Sequence record: OR427838.1
DNA length: 64,000 nucleotides
Source: Escherichia phage fDHCT2
Reading direction: 5' to 3' (one strand)
A model generated the notes under the pieces. The model did no database searches and was not told the origin of the DNA. It was given only the letters and a program-made list of their open reading frames with translations. Positions within the stretch are counted from its first letter, which is position 1; the number at the start of each line of letters is the position of its first letter. The position numbers and the translations under genes are program-made. Positions 19,628 through 29,333 of the stretch are shown here, piece by piece.

Positions 19628-19829
19628 AATATTTTCCTCATTAATAAAGACGAGTTACTTCATATTTACCCAGTTCAGATTTTTTTGCTTCAATACGCGT
19701 TGCGGCTAGATTAGCAGCCTCTAGTGAAGAAAATTGGACCACTTGGGAAGTATTCTGCCTTACGCCACCTTGTGGGTGAGTAACAAAAACAATAAGAACA
19801 TTATACATAATATTTTCCTCAGAGTAAAC

Positions 19830-20069
19830 TTAAATTTCAGCAACGTAATCGTTATGCAATTCCCACATATCATCAGAATTATTCTTAATGATAGGAATTA
19901 TCTCATTAGAGATTTCTTCTGCATAAGGGTCATTGATACAGTGGGCATCTTCAAAACGAACACCGTAATCAGACTTCTTATAGGCAAAGCCATAAATCTT
20001 TTTAAACTTGGCACGACTAATTCGTACCGGCTCATCAGACTTATCAGACAATGGAGAGTAATACCACAT
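19830..20069 (-). CDS. small hypothetical protein
   Basis: 79-aa ORF with GAGGAG SD. Confidence 0.45.
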   Translation of the reverse strand: MWYYSPLSDKSDEPVRISRAKFKKIYGFAYKKSDYGVRFEDAHCINDPYAEEISNEIIPIIKNNSDDMWELHNDYVAEI

Positions 20070-20112
20070 ATGTTCTCCTCATGTTTGTGTAGGGTAATAG
20101 TAACACAAGTTT

Positions 20113-20463
20113 TTAGAGTTGTACATCACTTCTGCAATATTCTAAAAATAATTTATCGTTGTCTACGGTATCCCAACGACGCCAAGATGGGTTCCAGACC
20201 AAAGCGTTGTCACCACAATCATTGAGCTTAAAATGGTCGTAGTACATAGCTATGCGTCTAGTCTCGTCACCGGAGAACCCTAGTATAGGCTCGCCGTGGG
20301 TATGATACATATGATGGTGCATTGAGAGGTCACATTTATAAAACATCTCACGTTTACCACGGACGAACAAGAAAGCTTGCCCATTCATATAGAATTCTTT
20401 ATCCGTTTTCAAAAGATATTTGAATACCGAATCTTTGTGCATAAGTCCTCCTACCACATCCAT
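20113..20463 (-). CDS. hypothetical His-rich protein
   Basis: 116-aa ORF. Confidence 0.45.
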   Translation of the reverse strand: MDVVGGLMHKDSVFKYLLKTDKEFYMNGQAFLFVRGKREMFYKCDLSMHHHMYHTHGEPILGFSGDETRRIAMYYDHFKLNDCGDNALVWNPSWRRWDTVDNDKLFLEYCRSDVQL

Positions 20464-20472
20464 GTGATTAAA

Positions 20473-20700
20473 TTATTTTCCTAACGAAATACGGGTAGGT
20501 TTTTTACCAAAATAGTCTTCATAAGAACCATCTAAACGACCTGCTTTAGACCGACAATATGAATCGTACTTTTTGTAATAAGTCATCTCAGTATTATAAC
20601 GCGGGTGTCTATCAGCCATAATAATACTTAATGGCCAACCTTTGGCATAATCGCGAAGACTGTTTATTTTACGAATGTATCTTTTCTTTAATTTTAGCAT
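20473..20700 (-). CDS. small basic hypothetical protein
   Basis: 75-aa ORF. Confidence 0.4.
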   Translation of the reverse strand: MLKLKKRYIRKINSLRDYAKGWPLSIIMADRHPRYNTEMTYYKKYDSYCRSKAGRLDGSYEDYFGKKPTRISLGK

Positions 20701-20918
20701 GAGCTCGGATACCAGATTTTACCATCAGAACGAGCAACGAAGGTTCTGCCGGCTTCTTCGCCGTAACAAGAGCTATTCAGCCAATCTTCAAGACGAACTT
20801 CACCATCATAATCATCAAGCTCAACACCAAAATCTTGTGCAGAAGCCATATCTTTTACTTTCTTATACAGCGCAGCCAGTTCAAGAGCAGCTTTTTCTAA
20901 TTCATTAATATCAGACAT
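20694..20918 (-). CDS. paralog-array member 5 (acidic, C-terminal ...WYPSSC)
   Basis: One of five tandem ORFs sharing a C-terminal aromatic-Ser-Ser-x-x-Cys tail. Confidence 0.55.
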   Translation of the reverse strand: MSDINELEKAALELAALYKKVKDMASAQDFGVELDDYDGEVRLEDWLNSSCYGEEAGRTFVARSDGKIWYPSSC

Positions 20919-20927
20919 TTTATTTCC

Positions 20928-21158
20928 TTAGCAAGACATAGAGGAGTTAAACCAGAAACCCTGGCCATCATTGATACCGTAATCACTGCGAATCCAGTCA
21001 TATTCTTCGTATTCTTCGCTAGAAGCCGGAATATAACGCTGGAAACGGTCTGCGGCGTGTAAATTAAAAATTTCGCCGGTTTTATCGGCCAGCTGCTCAC
21101 CTTCACAGATTAGTGCACGGATTTGGTCTTCGATTTCTTTAACAGTTTTAGAAGTCAT
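20928..21158 (-). CDS. paralog-array member 4 (C-terminal ...FWFNSSMSC)
   Basis: Tandem paralog with shared C-terminal motif. Confidence 0.55.
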   Translation of the reverse strand: MTSKTVKEIEDQIRALICEGEQLADKTGEIFNLHAADRFQRYIPASSEEYEEYDWIRSDYGINDGQGFWFNSSMSC

Positions 21159-21167
21159 TTTATTACC

Positions 21168-21365
21168 TTAGCATTCGTAAGAGGAGGACACCCAAGAGGT
21201 ACCACTAATTGTAATACAACCATTATAAAGCGTGATATGACGTTCCAGGTCACGAACACCGTCGATATAGATATCAGCTTCTTCGCGTTCTTCTTTACAA
21301 ATCTGGATAACGTTTTCAATAGCTGCGGCTGCAGTACGGATTGCACAATCTAGTTCACGAGACAT
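21168..21365 (-). CDS. paralog-array member 3 (C-terminal ...SWVSSSYEC)
   Basis: Tandem paralog with shared C-terminal motif. Confidence 0.55.
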   Translation of the reverse strand: MSRELDCAIRTAAAAIENVIQICKEEREEADIYIDGVRDLERHITLYNGCITISGTSWVSSSYEC

Positions 21366-21374
21366 AATAATTCC

Positions 21375-21656
21375 TTAACATTCAGAAGAAGAGGATACCC
21401 ATCCACCATTTTCTAGGCTGGTAGTGTAATCATGTTGGTTTACAATAGCGTACTGAGCTTCACCGTATTCTTCCCAGTGGGCCAGGTCAGCTTTCAAGGC
21501 GCCAGGAGAATAATAGTCACCGCCCATACCGCGAGCAGGGTATATATTAAAATGAGTCTCATATTTGTTGGCAATTTCCTCGGCACGACGAATAGCTTTA
21601 TGGATATCATTTACTGCAGCAGCCAGCTCTTTATTTTTACGGTAATCATTCATCAT
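21375..21656 (-). CDS. paralog-array member 2 (C-terminal ...GGWVSSSSEC)
   Basis: Tandem paralog with shared C-terminal motif. Confidence 0.55.
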   Translation of the reverse strand: MMNDYRKNKELAAAVNDIHKAIRRAEEIANKYETHFNIYPARGMGGDYYSPGALKADLAHWEEYGEAQYAIVNQHDYTTSLENGGWVSSSSEC

Positions 21657-21665
21657 AGCGTTTCC

Positions 21666-21956
21666 TTAGCACATTGCCGAAGAGGAGACCCAAGCACCAA
21701 CTGTAACGACGCCATTTTCAACTTCACCACCATTGTTTTCAATTTCATCTTTAAACCACTGGGAGCATTCATAACCAACAGGGTAGTATGTACGTCCTGA
21801 GCCATAATCACCTGTTCCGAATTGAATACCGTACTTATCGGCAATAGCTTCACATTTGGATTCGATGGTATCCACTTTATTCAGAAGAGCATAGATAGCC
21901 TTTTCTGCAGATTTCTCGTCATTGTATTCAGGGATTTCAATTTCAATTTTATTCAT
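21666..21956 (-). CDS. paralog-array member 1 (C-terminal ...GAWVSSSAMC)
   Basis: Tandem paralog with shared C-terminal motif. Confidence 0.55.
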   Translation of the reverse strand: MNKIEIEIPEYNDEKSAEKAIYALLNKVDTIESKCEAIADKYGIQFGTGDYGSGRTYYPVGYECSQWFKDEIENNGGEVENGVVTVGAWVSSSAMC

Positions 21957-22303
21957 GATTTACATTCCTTAATAAAGGTTTCAAGGTCATTACGTTTGGT
22001 TTGTTTTACATACTCATTATAATTAGCCATCTCTAAAGCATATCTCTTTTTACGTGGCTTGTTTATCCTATTGGTGTTGATAATATCCAAGACCAGAGGG
22101 ATAAAGTATCCTATTAAAGCTGGAACCCAAATCCAGGCAAGGTTCAATTCAAATAGGTTTTGTGTCGTATCATTAACGACTCCACCAGCAATTAGTCCAA
22201 CAAATCCGGCAATCGTACCAGTGACAAGTCCAGCGAATAAAGAAATAGCGATATCATAATCTGCTAATGCGTAACCAGGGTCGGTTTTACTAGGCTTATA
22301 CAT
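21953..22303 (-). CDS. membrane protein (2 TM helices, basic tail ...ETFIKECKS)
   Basis: Trimmed to ATG 22303 (MYKPSK); hydrophobic helices. Confidence 0.5.
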   Translation of the reverse strand: MYKPSKTDPGYALADYDIAISLFAGLVTGTIAGFVGLIAGGVVNDTTQNLFELNLAWIWVPALIGYFIPLVLDIINTNRINKPRKKRYALEMANYNEYVKQTKRNDLETFIKECKS

Positions 22304-22832
22304 TTTGGACCTCTTTGGCGTATTCGCGGCATTCAGCAATAAAACGATTAAGCTTACGTTGTTGTTTACGACTTTCTAATGTGTATTCGTTGGCTAAAAT
22401 AATAAGCTCATCTTTATCGTAGTTTTTGATATCCGAATAACTCGGACGGCGGTCGACCATTCCAAATACATCACCATTTTCTAAAGCTACATAGCATACT
22501 AAATGGTAATCATCGTCTGCCATATTAAGAAGCACACAATCAGCGCTCTCGTTTAAAGAATATACTGAATAACGTAGTCCGGCGAATTCCACTCGTTGAA
22601 TAGCCAGATTTACGTCAATAATTTCCAAAGCATCTTCAAAAGAAAGGTCTTCAGCTAAAGCAAAAATAAAAGGTAATTTGGTAGTATCGCCACGGCTAGA
22701 TGTTCTGCTTAAGAAATCGTTTGAATAGCCTAGGTCTTGGCGAATTCTATAAAGAACTGAATTGGTTTCATGGGAAAGACCACTATTTTTAAACCAATCA
22801 ATATTTGATATAAGGTTATCATATAAACTCAT
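22296..22832 (-). CDS. hypothetical protein (178 aa)
   Basis: ORF; C-terminal basic tail ...NRFIAECRE. Confidence 0.5.
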   Translation of the reverse strand: MSLYDNLISNIDWFKNSGLSHETNSVLYRIRQDLGYSNDFLSRTSSRGDTTKLPFIFALAEDLSFEDALEIIDVNLAIQRVEFAGLRYSVYSLNESADCVLLNMADDDYHLVCYVALENGDVFGMVDRRPSYSDIKNYDKDELIILANEYTLESRKQQRKLNRFIAECREYAKEVQNV

Positions 22833-22855
22833 AATATTCTCCTCTCCTCCAAATA

Positions 22856-22873
22856 GGGAGACCGAAGTCTCCC
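22856..22873 (-). terminator. hairpin GGGAGACTTCGGTCTCCC (terminator-like)
   Basis: Same hairpin sequence as the gp23 terminator, in opposite orientation. Confidence 0.45.
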
Positions 22874-22880
22874 GGTAATA

Positions 22881-23474
22881 TTACTTAAGTGAATTAATGT
22901 AGTCTTCGATATCAGCAGAAGTCGTATCCATTCCAACTTGTGGGCCTTTAAACGTTTCTACACGCATCAGAGTATCTTCAATATCAATCTTAGTCAGTGC
23001 AGCGATTTCAACAACGTCATCGGCAGTAGCAATACCCAGGGCAGCCATATTACGAGTTTCACGAATGTACTCAAGCTTAACCGCTAGTTCCTGGCGAGAG
23101 TCATCAAGTTCCTTGACCTTAAGCTTAATTTCATTACGCATTTCAACATAATCATCGGCTTTCTTACGAAGTTGAGTAGCCGTACGACGATAAAGGAGGC
23201 CAAGTTTAGCATGCACCTGAACATCAGCACCTTCTTTAATCAGTTTACGAATTTCACGTTCTTTAGAACTAGCCAGTTGGTCCTTTTCGTTAGCGAGTTC
23301 ACGAATACGTTTTTCTTCATTCACGGACTTAACATGAGCAGTCTGGAGTTCAGTGATTTTATCAATCAGAGTAGAAGCCGCTTTGGTGTATTGGTCTTCG
23401 ATTGACAGGTTCTGAGACATTGCTGTACCCAGTTTAGAACGGATGAATTCAACGATTTTCTTTAAAGTGTTCAT
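22881..23474 (-). CDS. coiled-coil hypothetical protein (197 aa)
   Basis: ORF with AAGGAA SD and consensus early promoter 23518-23547. Confidence 0.55.
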   Translation of the reverse strand: MNTLKKIVEFIRSKLGTAMSQNLSIEDQYTKAASTLIDKITELQTAHVKSVNEEKRIRELANEKDQLASSKEREIRKLIKEGADVQVHAKLGLLYRRTATQLRKKADDYVEMRNEIKLKVKELDDSRQELAVKLEYIRETRNMAALGIATADDVVEIAALTKIDIEDTLMRVETFKGPQVGMDTTSADIEDYINSLK

Positions 23475-23517
23475 AGTATTTCCTTCAGTTGGTTAACGTT
23501 TTGTAATCCATGAGGAC

Positions 23518-23547
23518 ATTATACCCTGTCCTCTGAGGGATGTAAAC
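23518..23547 (-). promoter_or_regulatory. early promoter (-35 GTTTAC, extended -10 GGTATAAT)
   Basis: Near-consensus sigma70 elements on minus strand. Confidence 0.65.
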
Positions 23548-23549
23548 AT

Positions 23550-23948
23550 TTATTTCATTTTTGCGAGGCAAATTTCATTGGCTTCCCATTGAGCTTGCTT
23601 AATAATAGCTTTGGATACAGGAGCCCTTTGGCCATAAGTTTTTGACGTTGAGAGAACAATACATTTGTTTGCTTCATTATGCCAGCCCCATGATTTTTCG
23701 CCATGGGTGCCTTTAACTACAGCTGACACCTCAACAGAGCAACCACCATCAGAAATCTTGGTTTCGACAATCCATTCATTTCTCTCAGCAGCTTCAAGTT
23801 CCAATCTAGTTTTTTCTTCATACATCGCGGCCCAATCAGTTTTTGCCAAGTTGAAAGTAAGAGCTTTCTCTAATTCTTTGGCATATTTTTGTTGTTCAGG
23901 TGTTAATGAATTATACAACTCTTGCATTTCTTTATCTTCGATATTCAT
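23550..23948 (-). CDS. hypothetical protein (132 aa)
   Basis: ORF. Confidence 0.5.
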   Translation of the reverse strand: MNIEDKEMQELYNSLTPEQQKYAKELEKALTFNLAKTDWAAMYEEKTRLELEAAERNEWIVETKISDGGCSVEVSAVVKGTHGEKSWGWHNEANKCIVLSTSKTYGQRAPVSKAIIKQAQWEANEICLAKMK

Positions 23949-24006
23949 TATGATCTCCTCAAATTATGGGCTCATAATATCTTAATCATGGGCCCATGTA
24001 AACGTT

Positions 24007-24270
24007 TTATTTCATATTATTGAAATAATCTTCCGCATCAAAATCGTTATCATGATAAACTTTGGTAGACAATTTAACATAACCTTCGGCGGCGAACATA
24101 TTAACCACAACCTTTACAGTATACCATTGTCCATCATCATTACCCATTACTGCATAGGTTTCAAATATGGGATGGTCATCACCGATAACTTTAATATCGT
24201 TAACTGTAGCACCAAATTCTTCAGGAACGCATTTCATAAAGAAATTAAACAATTCACCATAATTATCCAT
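24007..24270 (-). CDS. small acidic hypothetical protein
   Basis: Trimmed to ATG 24270 (MDNYGELF) with GAAGGAG SD; early promoter 24306-24334. Confidence 0.5.
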   Translation of the reverse strand: MDNYGELFNFFMKCVPEEFGATVNDIKVIGDDHPIFETYAVMGNDDGQWYTVKVVVNMFAAEGYVKLSTKVYHDNDFDAEDYFNNMK

Positions 24271-24305
24271 TTTACTCTCCTTCACACTGTTGTTTTGATA
24301 GGTCT

Positions 24306-24334
24306 ATAGTATCATGTTCTACGAAAGAGTAAAC
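24306..24334 (-). promoter_or_regulatory. early promoter
   Basis: GTTTAC-17-TACTAT plus conserved downstream block. Confidence 0.6.
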
Positions 24335-24357
24335 ATCTTTTTTAAACTTTTTAGAAA

Positions 24358-24386
24358 CAAAAAAGGCCCAACCTTTCGGAAGGGCC
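24358..24386 (-). terminator. terminator hairpin (GGCCCTTCCGAAAGGTTGGGCC + U-run)
   Basis: Hairpin plus T-run in minus-strand sense. Confidence 0.55.
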
Positions 24387-24476
24387 TAGAATCAGTTCTT
24401 GTAGAACCGGAATGGGTTTATGTGGAAGGCTAACATAGCTTTTATTTTAAAAGTTTCATATATTTCTCTAAGTTAA

Positions 24477-24499
24477 CCAAAAAAGCCCCAGACGGGGCT
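24477..24499 (-). terminator. rho-independent terminator after IP-like gene 24504-24968
   Basis: AGCCCCGTCTGGGGCT + UUUUUU on minus strand, directly after stop. Confidence 0.7.
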
Positions 24500-24503
24500 T
24501 TCG

Positions 24504-24968
24504 TTATTTGATTTGTTTAGCAGACCAGATACGGTCTTTGATGATTTTCTGAATATCTTCAACATACTCTAAGTCGTGAGCATGCGGATTATCTTTGAAG
24601 CTATGTGCTCGTGCCAGTTTCTGGCCTTCTGTTTTGATTACTAAAAGCTCTTTAAGAATTGCTTCATACTTAGAAATGATTCCTTTAGCGATATTTTTTT
24701 CTTGAGCGGCTTTAGGGTCCGCTTTTGACGCAGGTGCTTTACCTGTAGCTTTCTGGAACAATTCACCTGATGCAGCTAGGCTTTTAAAAACTCGGCTAAC
24801 AGTATTAGCATTAGTAAAACCTTCGGCTTTAAAATCTTTAATAAAACGGAAACGTTCTTCATCAGAGGCGTCTTTGTAAGAATATTTACCTGCTTGAATT
24901 GCTGCAATCGCGGCGGCTTTTACATCTGAACTAGATTGTTCGGTCAAAAATTCATTGTAAGTTTTCAT
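24504..24968 (-). CDS. internal-protein-like head protein with CTS (MKTYNEFLTE), 154 aa
   Basis: N-terminal CTS; gene flanked by hairpin terminators at 24477-24499 and 25009-25037. Confidence 0.65.
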   Translation of the reverse strand: MKTYNEFLTEQSSSDVKAAAIAAIQAGKYSYKDASDEERFRFIKDFKAEGFTNANTVSRVFKSLAASGELFQKATGKAPASKADPKAAQEKNIAKGIISKYEAILKELLVIKTEGQKLARAHSFKDNPHAHDLEYVEDIQKIIKDRIWSAKQIK

Positions 24969-25008
24969 TATTATTTCCTAAGTTAATTAACTTATCTATT
25001 TATTATGC

Positions 25009-25037
25009 CAAAAAGCCCCAACCTTTCGGAAGGGGCT
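25009..25037 (-). terminator. terminator hairpin (AGCCCCTTCCGAAAGGTTGGGGCT + U-run)
   Basis: Near-identical to hairpin at 24358-24386. Confidence 0.55.
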
Positions 25038-25130
25038 ATGCCTTGCGGTAACCTTGTCGGGGTTCCACCTGCTAGGCAAGTGTTTGTACGAAACGCCAGG
25101 ATTCGAACCCGGTTATTAAGCAGTTGACGC
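25036..25130 (-). ncRNA. tRNA-like element or small stable RNA (T-arm CCGGG-TTCGAAT-CCTGG present, no complete cloverleaf found)
   Basis: Canonical T-loop on minus strand in a noncoding stretch next to the tRNAs; acceptor pairing not found by hand. Confidence 0.3.
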
Positions 25131-25418
25131 TACTCAATATTTTTAAAAGGCCATATCTCGACCATATCCGAACGTTCCGTCAAAAACGCTACTCGGCTTA
25201 CGGCAAAGATATTTCCTCGAATCGATAATTAGGTGCGCCGTTTCTGCTGTGATGTAAGGGGACATTAACAGATCGTAAAGATTTGTTAATGCCAGTCCTT
25301 ACTCAGGGAACATCAGTCCGACGACTTACCGGTAGCGACCCGGTTTCTTGTTTGTTGCGCCGGTGAATGCTGGTAATCAGTCTTCATACGACGGCTTGAC
25401 TATATAATAGTCTTCATT

Positions 25419-25493
25419 TGGTATCCCGCCCTGGGATCGAACCAGGACCGCAAACTTAGAAGGATCGTATGCTATCCATTACACCAGCGGGAC
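25419..25493 (-). tRNA. tRNA-Arg (anticodon UCU), CCA encoded
   Basis: Manual fold: acceptor GTCCCGC/GCGGGAT, D-loop AATGGATA, anticodon loop CTTCTAA, T-arm CCTGG-TTCGATC-CCAGG, 3' ACCA. Confidence 0.75.
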
Positions 25494-25498
25494 ATAGT

Positions 25499-25575
25499 TG
25501 GTGACCCGGACCAGATTTGAACTGGTAACCTTTCCCTTATGAGGGGACTGCTGCTAACCATTGAGCTACAGGGCC
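25499..25575 (-). tRNA. tRNA with anticodon CAU (Met or lysidine-modified Ile), CCA encoded
   Basis: Manual fold: acceptor GGCCCTG, D-loop AATGGTTAG, anticodon loop CTCATAA, T-arm ACCAG-TTCAAAT-CTGGT, 3' ACCA; one acceptor mismatch. Confidence 0.65.
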
Positions 25576-25580
25576 TTAAT

Positions 25581-25847
25581 TTAAATTACAAATCCAGCAG
25601 GGGCATTATCATCTTTAGCCATGTGCTGAATTGTATGATAAGTCATTTCTTCAGGAGCAACCAGATAAGCCGCAACGTTAACTAGTGGAATTATTTTTGG
25701 TTTAGCGAACGTGCTATCAGAAATTGCCATAAAGGGCTCGCCGTCGGTCTCAACTTCGCCAAATTGGCACTCGTAAGAAATAGAACAACGTTTGGTGGTG
25801 GTTGTCTTGGTTTTAGGGTCATAAAAAGCTAATTTTAATACTAACAT
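25581..25847 (-). CDS. hypothetical protein (88 aa) immediately upstream of the tRNAs
   Basis: ORF ending 5 nt before the tRNA 5' end. Confidence 0.45.
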   Translation of the reverse strand: MLVLKLAFYDPKTKTTTTKRCSISYECQFGEVETDGEPFMAISDSTFAKPKIIPLVNVAAYLVAPEEMTYHTIQHMAKDDNAPAGFVI

Positions 25848-26025
25848 AATACCTCAAATAAAATTAAGTAAAGTAAGTTTGATTAATAGACCTTGTCTAT
25901 TATGAAAGGCTCTTTGAGGGAAGAACCTTTGGTAATAGAGGGTTACTTAATAATGTTAGAGTAATAATATCACATTACTCTTAAAGCATATTACTATTTT
26001 TAGGAATAGTCTGGTCAAATTTGAT

Positions 26026-26316
26026 TCATTGTGGCCACATATTAATGTAATCAAGTTTAATAGAAGCAATCTTCAAAGGATTTTTAAAGATGTCGTATTC
26101 GACCAATCCATTTTCAGTTGCAGTATAAAAAGTAAAATTAACAGAATTATAACGATGACTGTTAACTTTGAGTTTAACGTCGCTTGAACTACGGCCAATA
26201 TTAACCTGTTGAACATCAAGCACGGCATCTTTGCCAAAGTTGCGAATCAGTAGCTCTGCTGCAACCTGGTCCGAATTATAGCCATTCTCTGGATTAGTAA
26301 CTTTAACGTATAGCAT
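26026..26316 (-). CDS. hypothetical protein (96 aa)
   Basis: ORF. Confidence 0.45.
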   Translation of the reverse strand: MLYVKVTNPENGYNSDQVAAELLIRNFGKDAVLDVQQVNIGRSSSDVKLKVNSHRYNSVNFTFYTATENGLVEYDIFKNPLKIASIKLDYINMWPQ

Positions 26317-26697
26317 TTAACCCTCGTCTACAATAGTGTGGGTATTGGCATTAACAATCTGCCACCAGTCAAAACGATTGGAACCATAACAAGGCTTATT
26401 CTCGTTTTCTTTAATGATATCGCGCAGTTCATCTTCAGTCGCTGCCTTTGCGATTAAGTCAGCATAACCGCCACGAGGATAATAGTTATCACCGGCAAAG
26501 AGCAAAAAGTTTGTTTTGATATTCTTGAATTCTTCAAGAGTAATAACTGTTCCGCCAGGTTGAACAATATCTATATAACTATATCCTAATTTCTGTGCTT
26601 CATTTACCGCTTCGAGCAGGGTGTCGTGTGCCCACCCAATTTGGCAATCTGGTTTTTCAGATGGATTTGCTTGATAATCCGCATACACTTTATACAT
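26317..26697 (-). CDS. hypothetical protein (126 aa)
   Basis: Trimmed to ATG 26697 (MYKVYADYQ). Confidence 0.5.
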   Translation of the reverse strand: MYKVYADYQANPSEKPDCQIGWAHDTLLEAVNEAQKLGYSYIDIVQPGGTVITLEEFKNIKTNFLLFAGDNYYPRGGYADLIAKAATEDELRDIIKENENKPCYGSNRFDWWQIVNANTHTIVDEG

Positions 26698-26698
26698 T

Positions 26699-26884
26699 TT
26701 ACTCACCTTTAGAGATTTTATCCATAACGAAAGAAATTGAACCAATTAAGAATGCCACTACTAAAGAAATTATATTCTCGGAAGTTGAAAGCATATCGAG
26801 CATGAATCCTGCAAACATACTAAAGCCGAAAGCAGTAACAGCGGCCAGTGCAGTAACATTTCTAATTAATTCACAACGTTTCAT
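26699..26884 (-). CDS. small membrane protein
   Basis: Trimmed to ATG 26884 (MKRCEL) with GGAG SD; early promoter 26921-26950. Confidence 0.5.
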   Translation of the reverse strand: MKRCELIRNVTALAAVTAFGFSMFAGFMLDMLSTSENIISLVVAFLIGSISFVMDKISKGE

Positions 26885-26920
26885 TTTATTCTCCAATCAC
26901 TCATTTGTTTTGATAGGGCT

Positions 26921-26950
26921 ATAGTATCACCACTAAAGCCCGTTGTAAAC
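26921..26950 (-). promoter_or_regulatory. early promoter
   Basis: GTTTAC-18-TACTAT plus conserved downstream block. Confidence 0.55.
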
Positions 26951-26952
26951 AC

Positions 26953-27899
<947 letters not shown>

Positions 27900-27907
<8 letters not shown>

Positions 27908-28661
27908 TTTTATTTCCTAATAATTTATCAATAGTAGTGTATAGTTCAGAAAGAGTGCCGTTATTTTCAACAACAACGTCACCAGGTAAAATTGGTAGAC
28001 CCGCTTCAGTGATGTGCGAGTCTTGTACTTGACCGGTTTCAGCGCGAACTACATGAATAATCGTAGCACCCATCGCTCTGAGCGAATCAATTTCGTGTGT
28101 TTGACGAACATCAGGTACGACATAGTATTTCGCATCAGAGTATATTTTATCAAAATAGTCTAAAGCGAACAACTTAACCCAATACATCTTATCAAATTGG
28201 TTAACAATAATATCAGTCCCAAGGGTCTGCATGAGACGACGTACTGACCAATTGTTATTTTTATTTATTACTTCAAACAGTTGGTCTTTTGTTTCTTCAG
28301 ACAGATACTGGACCGGGGTAAGACCATAATGATATGCGGTACGAACATCCATTCCTGGAATAGGAAGGATATTATTCAGTTTGACAATAGCATTTTCAAA
28401 GATATCAATCACATCATATGGTTTTAAAGGAAGGATTTCTTCACGGTCGTAACCGATACCTTCAAAACAGTTAAAATCGAGTTTAGGCATATAACTACGG
28501 TCGAATACAGGGTCATCAGAGATGTATTCATAGGCTTCAGCCAGATACTTTTTAATAGGACCTGCTAGCTGAAATTTTACCGAATCCATATTTTCGATTA
28601 CATAGTTAGCAACGGTATCCTTACCGCTACGTTTGATTCCTACAATTGATATTAGTTTCAT
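27900..28661 (-). CDS. 1: deoxynucleoside monophosphate kinase
   Basis: P-loop GIKRSGKDT, 253 aa, T4 synteny 57A-1-3-2-4. Confidence 0.8.
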
Positions 28662-29251
28662 TATTTTCTCATAGATGGATGCATAGACATACGAGCCACA
28701 CGTTGTTCGGCATACGAATCAATTTGTGGACGACCTGTAACTATTGTACCATCTATTTCTACAGCAAACGATTTGAAGTTGAATGTTGCTGTAGCGATTA
28801 TCGCAGGGTCAGAATCTTCTTTATACGAGTACTGGATTTCCGAGAGGTCAGAGGGCCAACCACCATAGTAATGAATGCTCATTACGATTTTCTGTTTGTT
28901 GTTATCAAGGATGTGGAGCGTAATTGCTTCAGGTAAGCCTTTAGGATGCCAGGCTTCTGAATCATGGGTTACGTAGTTGTTTAATGATAACATCCACTTA
29001 TAAACGTCAAGCCATGATTTCAATTCTTTGTCCACAAGAAAGTTCACGACCAATGGGTCGAATTCTACAGTAGAACCTGGCAGCTTAGCACGATGTATGC
29101 CCTGGGTCGATCCTGGGACGTCTGAGATCGGAATATGGATACCAGGTAGTGTTACATCTTGTACGTTCAATTTGAATGACTGTGTCATTCCTGAGTCACT
29201 AACCTCTAAGATAAAGTTAGTGGTGTTAGTTTGGTTAAATAAACCGTTCAT
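28661..29251 (-). CDS. 3: gp3 tail completion / sheath stabiliser
   Basis: Trimmed to ATG 29251 (MNGLFNQ); synteny between genes 1 and 2. Confidence 0.65.
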   Translation of the reverse strand: MNGLFNQTNTTNFILEVSDSGMTQSFKLNVQDVTLPGIHIPISDVPGSTQGIHRAKLPGSTVEFDPLVVNFLVDKELKSWLDVYKWMLSLNNYVTHDSEAWHPKGLPEAITLHILDNNKQKIVMSIHYYGGWPSDLSEIQYSYKEDSDPAIIATATFNFKSFAVEIDGTIVTGRPQIDSYAEQRVARMSMHPSMRK

Positions 29252-29333
29252 AAGGTTCCTATATTGCTTAAGTCCCGGACAGTGTATAATGGTCCTAGGT
29301 CTGTTCCATTCAATAACTGGCTGGGATAATAGA

